Part shown: in pieces, positions 54,091 to 64,000 of the stretch
How the letters are laid out: each line of letters begins with the position of its first letter
Numbering within the stretch: position 1 is the first letter of the stretch
Translations under genes and position numbers: made by a program
Notes under the pieces: model-generated
Database searches by the model: none
What the model was told of the DNA's origin: nothing
What the model saw: only the letters and a program-made list of their open reading frames with translations
DNA from: Antedon mediterranea
Lineage: Eukaryota > Animalia > Echinodermata
Direction: 5' to 3'
Length of the DNA: 64,000 nt
Assembly: GCF_964355755.1 (NCBI RefSeq)
Contig: NC_092678.1
Coordinates: 18,741,365 to 18,805,364, forward strand

Positions 54091-57000
54091 ATGGAAAAGT
54101 TAATATATACCGGCTTCGTCATCCTAACGCTTACATTACCCGCGTTTGAACAGGAGGAATACGAGGAATGTTGTAAGTACGCCTATTTAACATACAGAAG
54201 ATGGTGACAATATATTAGTTCTTATCAATTATCGATTACCGATTCCCCCGTATTCCCTCAGGGGAGTTCCCCACCAGAGGTGCTGACCGGTCGTGGTCGA
54301 CCAATGATTTTTACTTTTTTTGTTTACATAATTGTTGTTGTAGGTTGTGTATGTAGATAATTAAATAATAGTCCACATACTGACAAGCACGCGCTTCTTT
54401 TTGGTGTACTGTTGGGTGTTGTTATTGTAAAATTGTAGTAATTGAAATTGTAATTGTTAATTGTAAATAAAGCTTGGTTCCCATTAGAACGTAACGCAAG
54501 GACGTAAACGCAACGCAAGCGTTTTAACCAATGGCAAAGGAAGTTATAGACAGTTAGCAATCACAAGCGAATAAGCCATCGCTTGTGATTGGTCAATTCA
54601 CTTGCGTTGCGTTACGTCCTTGTATTGCGTCGCTAGTGGGAACCACGCTTGTTATAACGGTAGTAGGTTTAGTACTAGATAGTCTGAACTACCACACGTA
54701 CTTTTTTTTAAAGGAGATTTTAGTAGGCTATATAATATTGAATAATAACAGACCTATTTATGCTTTTGCTCAATATTTTAATGATGTACCCAACTCTAGG
54801 CCTGTACATCTTCATACATTTGGCGAAAACATTTGGCGATCGATGTTATTAACTATAGTTTCCCGGTGCAGTTGTTGTATCTATAAAGAGTTTTCCCAAT
54901 TTACTAAGTATTAACAAGTTGCATACAAATACATTTTCCTAACGGGATAATTTTACTATGATGTACGGTAAGTTATCGTTCCATGGATGGATTTTCCTTT
55001 TAACTGCGATTATTTTCTTTTGTAGGTCGTATATTTGATAAAGACTTTCCTACTAATGAGCGCTCAACACGTTCTGGCTACTTATCGGCTTCACCAGCCT
55101 TCGATAATAATACGGGTCCAGAACCTGGAAATCCACGGGAAGCAGTATGCTCACACACAATAAAGGAAAATGGTAAGATGAATTTATTATTTTGTATTTA
55201 TTTTATTCAATTTGCAAATAAACAATCAACAATACAAATAACAACGATGTAATACCATGTGGATTGACACTAAACACGAAAACTAAACACTACATAATGG
55301 GCTATCCATGATACAAACAGAATTAAAGCAATATCTATAGATGGCAGGGAGTTGTTAATTATATTTAACAACTCCCTGTATAAGGTATGTAAATGTAAAT
55401 TTCATTAACAAAACTGAACAATAGATTAGAGCATGCATGAAAAAGGATGATGCAAATGATTATTTACAATTAAAGCCGCTTGATACAAGATAGGAGAGCG
55501 GTCGCAGATTAGTTCTGGCATTTCATTGTGTTTAATGTTAGCTGATTCGGTACATCTACAACTAAAATCAACAAAACCATGAGTGAATTTCTTTGCTCCC
55601 ATATAAACTACGAAAAAGGTAAAATTGATTATACTATTCCAAGTGTTATCTGCGAATGGTAGTTTTATAGACGGATCCAAGTGATATATACAACATGACA
55701 ATTATTGATTCAGCATATCCGAAGGTCCATTAATCAACTATGATTACAAAATGATAATAGGGCCTACATAATTTTAAAAAATATAATCTTTTTTACTGCG
55801 TTGACAACTTTCAATTATTTCAATGTACATGCCAAGTCGTTGTTTAGTCGTTGTTAAGTCGTTGAATTTTGTTGCTATGTAATTTTATTGTATTAACCTT
55901 TTAACTTTGAGCAATTGTATGTCACATAAATTTCCGTATGGACAAATAAAATGAACTATGAACTATTATCATTTTTGTTTATTTTTACAGAACCGTGGTG
56001 GTATGTTGATCTAATGGACATTTACGTCATAGAATACATTGTCGTAATCAACCGTGGATCAAACTGTAAGTATTCAGCATGTGTTGTGATTAGATTTATG
56101 CTATAACTAACATGTTTAGCGTAAGCTCAATTCATTGGAAATGTTCGTTTTGAAATCTTCTGTACCCAGACATACTTAAATTATTAATATAATTAATGGT
56201 AGCTAAGGATACCATGGAAAAAGAAGGTGAATGGTATTAATTTGTTAATAAATATGGACAACCCACCAATGATAAAATATATAATTTTTGTTTTATTATT
56301 AAACATGTAATTCATAGCTGAACGCTTATATGGTGCGCAAGTACGAGTGGGAACAAGTAAAGGCAATTTAAAGAGCAACAATGCATGTGGAAACCCTGTA
56401 TCATCCAAGGATGCATCGGAATATGTTGTGGCAATATTGTTAGAATGTGAAAATGGAACAGAAGGCAATATTGTATCAGTACAATTGGAAAACAGAACCA
56501 ACTATCTGTCATTGTGTGAAGTTAAGATATACGGCAGACCAATAATCATTGGTAGGAAAACAATTGCGGTATTTGTTTAGAAAAATAATTAGTTAATAAT
56601 AACCTTTGTGCTTATGAAAATTATTCTGCTTCTAAAACCGTAGTCCTGTAATGTGATGACTTTTGTATCGAACAGAGCATTGTGAGGTTTGCTCAAGTAT
56701 AGGCCTAGACTAACTTAATTTCAAACGTTGTTTCATAATAGTCTTTATAACGCACTGTAAGTAAACTATGCTTAACATTCTTATTAATAGATTATAAAAT
56801 ATTAGAAACATTCGCTACTGTAACTGCTTCAGCTACTGTTTGCCTTGGAGAAGACATGGAGGTCGATGGTACTTGGTACAGTTTTCCAGAAGTTGCACTT
56901 GGTGAAACTGCAAATTCAACCAAACGCTGCCCGCTGTATTCAAACAAAGGTAATGATGTTATACAAATAATGTTTATGAGTGAAATGGTACAATTAATTT

Positions 57001-60000
57001 CATACCAATAACACTTTATCTGTGTATAACACACTACACTGAATAGAATATATAGGCCTAGGCTTAGTTAGTCTAGGATAGCGATACTAAAAATCCTAGG
57101 TAACTACAACTAGGCTAATTCTGGTTTTTTTTCAAATGATTCTACGTTTTATTCCACGATTTAATCAAACTAAAAAGAAGCTTTTTGTTCTAGAATAGTA
57201 CACATCGCTACAGAAATGTTAGTTACGACCAACTGCCATTTTGAATTGTTATGTATAGGTCAAGCTAAGAAAAATATAGCAGCGGTATTAGATTTTAACC
57301 TTGGCCTGTTGTTTTTTCTTTTCTTTTCGTTAACAACATTCTGGATCACTGTATATAACGTTGAGCGTGCTATAGTGTAGTTTATTGAATATCATGTGAC
57401 TCACAATCGTCTAATCAAATTACTGGGGTGGGTCTACATAATTCTTGGTGAATGTGCGCACATACATTGTAAAATGTAGTATAATATAATATGGTAACGG
57501 TTTGATTTTTGTAATAGGACACACAGTTCCACTTGCAACACGTTACTGTGATGGAGATTTTGTATTAGGAGCTGACTGGGGACGCGTCAATATTACTGAT
57601 TGTGACATTGGAACAACTTCAATTCAAATACAAAGAATAGATGAGGTATTATTAATTTTAATACAGTTATTCATGCAAAATATTATGTTTGGACTGCTTA
57701 TTTCCCATAACTTTTACCCAACATACACCAAATCTAACTTTAAATTTAATAACTTTAATTGAAAGACTACCCTTCCAGAGATTATTATAATTATTATTTT
57801 TCAGGTCGAGGTTTCAGAATATAATGTTGAAGACGTAGCTGATGCTCTTGCAGAAGTCACCAGCAATACGGAAAATCTGGATGAAGAGGCGATTGAATTA
57901 GTTGCAGGAATTTTGGAAGACATTGCTGACCTTGAGCTATCTGACAAAATGGTAGTTTTATTTTCTCTATGCGAAACGTTACCTATAAAAGTGAATATGT
58001 CAAATGAAACGTACACATTTTGCACAATTGTCAATACAACACTTATTGTATAATTGAAGTGAGTTGATTGTTTACTATTTTTCTTACAGGTAACTTTAGC
58101 TATGGTCAAAGTAGTCGATAACGTCATTGATTCCGGTGTACTTAGCTCATCAATGAAAGAAAGTAGGCCTACAATGTCATATGTAACATCATTAGAAAGG
58201 CAACTTGCAACAGTGGCGCAAAATCGAATAAAATGTTTCCTTAAAAATAAATAAAACATAAGGGGATTGATAACAGAACACAATCAGTTATGGAAAAGTA
58301 AATTCAAAATAAGCATAAGCTTCTAAAAAGGGACCACTAAAAAAGGTAATAAAAATGTAATAAAACTATTCAGAAAAAGTGATAAAATGAACTGATAGAT
58401 AAATGTACAATTAATATCTGACTGGAATGATGTAATGTGAATGTAAAGCTCTGTCAACACTAAAAAATGTACGATGTGCCCAAATATGGTAGTGATATGC
58501 TTAAATATGGTAGTGATATGCTTAAATATGGTAGTGATGTGCCCAAATATGGTAGTGATATGCTTAAATATGGTAGTGATATGCTTAAATATGGTAGTGA
58601 TATGACATTATCATGTCCATATATGAACAAATCACATGTTTTTGCGACAACATTTTTTTTGGTAGTGTAGACAGAGCTTTAGGATAATAATCGAAATCAA
58701 CAGAGATTCATTGAAATTTGTTAAGTATTAAAGAAGTTCGGACACAGTTTTGTTTACTGACAATGTTATCGATGTCCAAAACTAATATATAATTTAAAAA
58801 AATATTATTATTATATATATATTTTACAGGACTATTACGAGCCTACCGATTCCAGATTTCATGATATCTTAACCACCATCAGTTTAATCGGATGCGTTGT
58901 GTCTATTGTGTGTTTAGCAATAACACTTGCTACATACATATACTTTAAGTAAGTACTTATTCTTCCTAAAAAAGTATGTGAAAAACAATATATTTTTGTA
59001 GATAAACCATACTAAGTCAGATTTTAAGAATAACAACTTAAATTTATTTAAAGGTTTAAAGGTCTCTTTTTATTTTCTGAAGTATGAAGATCACACAATC
59101 AAGGTTTTTTATGTGACGATGTAGTATGTTAATGTATCTATTCTTAAATTTCAGACAATTTCGAACCAAACTTCCTAAAAAAATTCTCATAAACCTATCG
59201 CTATCACTGCTTCTCCTCTACCTTGTGTTTGCGGTTGGCATCGATCAGACAGGTTCTAGAAATGGATGCATCGCTGTAGCAGCGCTGATTAATTACTTTG
59301 GACTGGCCTCTGTCTTCTGGATGTCAATCGAAGCTGTAAACATGTACCTTATGTTCGTCAAAGTCATCCACGGGCAAATTAGACATTTCATGCTGAAAAT
59401 GTGTTTAGCAGGTTACGGTAAATGTTTTGATTTGTTTAACATGTCCAATTATCAAACCATTAACGGATGGCGTACGTACTTTATAAATGTTTATTTATTT
59501 GTTTTAAAGAAAATCTTATTTAAAAAAAACTTTAAGTAGTCCTACTTGAATATATGCTAATACTATTTATTTGACAAGTCTTCTGTCTTTATTTTTTTTA
59601 AATGTTTATATACATTTTTTTAGGGCTTCCTATAATAATTGTTGCAGTTTGTCTCAGTATTTATGTTGATCACTATGCGAACAAAAACTAGTAAGTATAA
59701 TCTATAAAATGAATGTTTATGAGCCGACGAACAATTTTTGAGTAAAAAGATTAGGCCTACTGAAACTCTTCTATTTCAATCATCAAGGCGGATCCGACAA
59801 TAAATTGAAGTATTCTCACCATTGAACGAATACAAAACATTAATTATTCGTTAATAACGCATGCGTAGTAAACAAATACTAAACAACACGTGATACAAAG
59901 TCAACCAATCCAAAACGAAGAAGATAAATTTACGTGTGTTATTAGGTCATGCAGATTATCACAAATTAAAGCCTATTGTTAGACATACCAAATCACCGTG

Positions 60001-60762
60001 GTCTTCTGTTAATAATTTTGTCTGCTCATGGATGTGTATCTTTCGTTGTAAATATATAATACAATATCAATAGGTTTTAATACAGATACAGGTTTTTTCG
60101 CAGGAAAATTACATGGTCGCAGTATATAATAATTTTAATGCAATTAAAAACTTAAACTAATTCTAAGTAGGCCTAAATTCATCAGATATTCCTGAAATTG
60201 AAATCAAATATCTCTGACAATGTTCGTTATGACATTGTATTCATGTAGAATAGCTAGGCAATGAGAACTTCACATATGTTTTGTCATGTACCACTATTTC
60301 TTTGTTATTTTATTTTGTTTCAGCTGTTTAATTCCATCAGGAAACGTTCGCAACTTTGGCTTCATTTTGATCATAGCAATGCTCATGATGTTCAATGTCG
60401 TCGTTTTCATTTTAGTTATGTTGAAATTGACTTGCCGACGAAAGATTGCCAGTGGTAAAGATCAAAACACGGTAAAGAAAGTCACAAAACGACTGCACAA
60501 TGCTATCACAATTTCGGTCCTGTTAGGCTTAACATGGGTCTTTGGATTTTTTGCAGTCGATGCAGATTCGACCTCTCGCGACGCGTTTCAGTTGTTATTC
60601 TGTATGTTTAACTCTCTGCAAGGCCTCTTTATTTTTCTGTTGTTCTGTGTACGACAGAAGGATGTTCGTGACGCGTGGAAGACATGTTGCAATAACTGTG
60701 ACAGAGCTAAAACTTCCAGATATTCCAATGATACCAGCAGCACTAAAAAAAGGAATTATTAA
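54091..60762 (+). CDS. Adhesion GPCR-derived G5: SP - F-type lectin - HRM - truncated GAIN (GPS deleted) - intact 7TM; functional variant or young pseudogene
   Basis: Exons 54091-54172, 55026-55172, 55991-56065, 56318-56551, 56791-56949, 57518-57645, 57805-57951, and 58090-~58218 (homology stops; TAA 58252-58254). No GPS exon. 7TM exons 58830-58948, 59155-59417, 59624-59690, 60324-60762 are all open. Confidence 0.75.
54471..54649. mobile_element. PIF/Harbinger-type MITE (second copy of 16871-17048)
   Basis: Near-identical sequence and TIR agcttggttccca. Confidence 0.85.
58447..58678. mobile_element. MITE with internal 21-bp tandem repeats
   Basis: taa|agctctgtcaacacta ... tagtgtagacagagct|tta; six copies of aaatatggtagtgat(atgctt/gtgccc). 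Confidence 0.8.
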
Positions 60763-61262
60763 GTTGAAATAACCAGCGATAACTTAGAATACAAAAATTC
60801 GTAGCTAAAGAAATGTATAAACGCGTGCATTATCATAATCTCTAATATCACTTGTTATTCTTGATGCGTACTATGATGAGACAATAAGATACTGAAAAGT
60901 GAAAGCGAGAAAATTCTGATTAAGCCCTATTAACCCATTGTTATCGTTATGTATATATATATAATTTATATTGAATGCCTTTAGGATCATTCTCACAAAT
61001 ATAAAGTACACAAGGTGATGAATTTAAACCCGGTACTTATTTCACTAGCCTACTGTATATAGGTCAATCCAAATTCCATAGAACCATGGTAGGGCAGTAC
61101 CAGGGAAAAGTGAAATTAATTGTAACTCTTCTTGGGCAGTACAGTAATCTTATCCTTAAAAAGTAACAACTCTTACATTTATTGTGAAATTAAAGTCTAT
61201 CTCCGGGCTTAATGTTATATTGTAACGAATTCTACTTAATTTTCTTAATTACTTACAATCTT

Positions 61263-61606
61263 TAACCGTGTAACTAAAAGTGACAAACATATTATTTGTT
61301 CCGTGTACAATTATGATTGAAAAGAAAAGAGAAGAAAATTTGCCAAGTTACATACAGTAAATAGTGTCAAATTTTGTGAATGTCTTTACTTGCTTTACAA
61401 AATAGCACCACAAAAGGGCTTGAAGATGGAGCTTGCACTTTAAACGTTGTAAATAAATAAAGTTATATGGCTAATTTGGTGAATATGTAATTACTATAGA
61501 TGATATTTACCGATCTTTATAACCGTGTAACTAAAAGTGACAAACATATTATTTGTTCCGTGTACAATTATGATTGAAAAGAAAAGAGAAGAAAATTTGC
61601 CAAGTT
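61263..61606. repeat. ~87-bp direct repeat pair
   Basis: taaccgtgtaactaaaagtgac...aaatttgccaagtt at 61263 and 61520. Confidence 0.85.
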
Positions 61607-63470
61607 GATCTAGTTGATCTGTATTTTATATATTTTAAAGTTTATGTGTGTCACAATTTTTATGTGATTTTTGTATGTGGTTTGGAATATTGGAGAGCCA
61701 CTTTGATAGTGCTTGCACTGTTGGCAATCCACAGGGTACTCCATCCACACTTCGTTTGTTAATGTTGTTGTCTGTATACCTGGAAATTGAATAAATAAAT
61801 AAATAAATAAATATCTATGTTACTTTAGTCATTGCTTAGATCATGGAGAAATAATCCTAACTTATTTCTCCATGCTTAGATATAGCTTAATTTAAATATC
61901 TGTGAATGAAGCAGTTTGCATATAATTTATAGGTGCCTAGTTGACTGTCATCATAATTTGGCCAAACTACACATTTTTATCCATTATTTCTGGTTCTATA
62001 TTAAATGTTCATGTGTGCAAATAGCCACGGTTATGATTTGATAACAGAACACATCCAACTGTATAAACGTATTCACTAATCACTATTGTATGATCGTCCA
62101 ATTAGCATACACGGGTAAAAGATGACGTCATTATTATTCAAACTATGGAATGCACTATGGGCGCCAGCACACTGAGACATCATCAATTTGTAAGTACTAT
62201 ATAAACACAACTGGAAATTCTTGTAACTTTAAAAAGATGTTTCACTGTTTTTCATGTTAGTTTTTGGAAAACGATATTTATAGGGTTGCTGGGTTTTGTA
62301 GGGATTTTAGGGTCGGTTATAAATAAGATTCTGGATCGCGTGATATTAGCCAAGCGTGAAATATCGGCATATCGGCTAGGATTTGGTAATGGGTGGTGAC
62401 TGTAGCCTACTGACTTATAGCCTATTGTACTTTTGATGAAAATAACGTAGAGCCATGTTCTAAAGTTTAAATCCAGTCAGTTATCAGTAGGCCTATATCA
62501 TTTTGTCTAGGCTATTTTCTGTCAGTATTCAGGGCCGACTGGTGGGCTAATAATAGGCCTGTGCCGTCTGACATAACGATGCATTCTTAGGCGAAGAAGA
62601 GTTATATTATAATATTGGCATATGTTGCAAATACTAAAAACATTTGAGTTGTCGCACATCACAATCGAATCCTTGTTCACATAATGATATAGTACAGTAC
62701 AGTTTTGTTCCTCCCACTGATGCTAGTCGCATCCAAGAGGCAGTAATATTCTAAATTTTAAAAGGAATTTGGTTTAGTATTTCTAGACAGTTACACCTTA
62801 AAAAATTCTTATATATTGTTTTGTGAGGAGTCTGATTGAGACAAGTTTATTACTTCTAAACCAGATCCTAAACAAATTAAGGGAAAATATTATGTTAAAA
62901 TGTATGTTAAATAAAATATGTACTATTTTGGTTGCATAAATATTACGAAACGAAACGAAACAATCTCCGGTGTATTCATACCAATCAAACTTTTTCTCAA
63001 ACATATATGTTCCCATGATACAGGTTTGCAACAATTATTGGATATTTAATAAAAATAGCATTAAACAGTATTGAAGTTACATTTCAATTCCAAAAACTAA
63101 ATTCAATAAACTATTACTAAAATAAACAAATACAAGTTAACACTATTGTAAACCTTAATAATTGCGATGTATTGTTCAGGAATATATATTTCTACCTTCA
63201 ACGTCAATCTCAAAATAATAGTTTTTTACAATACACCATATAATTTTATGTGTTTATTATCAGTAGTTTTATCAGCATCTCCCTTCAATACCCCGCACTT
63301 CCTGGTACCTTTACTCACGCAATTCACGAACTATTATTAGAAGACTGGTTCTTATTGTTCGAAATTCTGAAGTAAGAGCCGCCAAGCTCAATAATTTCAT
63401 TTTAATAATCACGTGACATTATTAGAACGTTTCCTTATTCTTTGTGATTTTAATTATGAATTATCTTAAA

Positions 63471-63650
63471 CTAGATGATCTTGTCCACAGATGGTTCTCG
63501 AATACACAGTAATTTCAGCGTAAAAAAACTGGCGATTTCAAATATACGTACCGCAGGACTATAGTACATTGTCGTTTACAGAAACGAATAAATAGACACG
63601 ATGATTTATGTAAAAGTATCACCCTGGGAATTAGGAAGAGATAAATTTCT
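63471..63650 (-). mobile_element. Helitron 3' fragment (copy D)
   Basis: ctagatg...cacagatggttctcgaatacacagtaatttcagcg matches the 3' ends of copies A, B and C. Confidence 0.7.
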
Positions 63651-64000
63651 TATTATATTTTGTTTTAAGGTTCTGGTGGGGTTTCTGGACTGCAGCACAG
63701 TTCATGACTGTATTTTAATAAATACTCGTCACAATGATCGCTTGTGCTTCAGACATCAAGGACACATGCTTTTTTTCATTCTATAGCAATCAGGTTACCC
63801 AGTGTCTGGGACCAGCTTCCCAGACCGTACTGTTGACAGATGCTGCAGTCATAGAAAGCCCATCAGCCTTCATTAGAAAAGTTCAAATTCATTTTGATTC
63901 GCTGTAACTGTTTTTTGTCTTTATGTCTTTTATGTGTAAACTGACTTTGGGGTTGGGTCAACCGGCTCAGCTACAGTGATTAAGTTCACTTAGGTTGACC

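Noticed and set aside
58467-58670. Regular repeats encoding (KYGSDML)n, superficially CRISPR-like or a repeat protein
   Set aside because: Contiguous 21-bp tandem units inside a MITE; no unique spacers; eukaryotic context.
62122-63375. Possible first exons of a sixth gene (donor gtaagt at 62190; open stretch 63264-63371)
   Set aside because: No signal peptide or similarity to the paralogs; cannot be supported.
63670-63900. Possible CR1-like LINE remnant (WDQLP...SAF)
   Set aside because: Too degenerate to call from sequence alone.

Overview
AT-rich, intron-containing eukaryotic DNA, most likely from a marine invertebrate (echinoderm-like; this is inference). The window holds a head-to-tail tandem array of five paralogous adhesion GPCR genes (ADGRG/ADGRF-like HRM-GAIN/GPS-7TM core), all on the + strand. 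They share one C-terminal exon structure but carry different N-terminal modules. G1 (<964-7462) has a chitin-binding CBM14 domain. G2 (13376-23037) has an F-type (fucose) lectin domain. G3 (25176-28513) is a decayed pseudogene with a LINE inserted in its GPS motif. G4 (29916-52100, about 31 exons) reads 8xFN3-2xEGF-LDLa-[X-Ig]x2-SEA, where X is a ~200-aa Cys-patterned domain I cannot assign. G5 (54091-60762) is an F-type lectin copy that lost most of GAIN and the whole GPS/Stachel exon, yet has open 7TM exons. Introns and spacers contain nested Helitrons, a Penelope-like fragment with a 5' inversion and a hammerhead ribozyme, a Helentron-like element, MITEs, SINEs (one 5S-derived), LINE ends, and a strongly over-represented TAGGCCTA motif that behaves like a transposon footprint. 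Exon models were read by eye from GT/AG sites and paralog comparison; there is no transcript evidence here.
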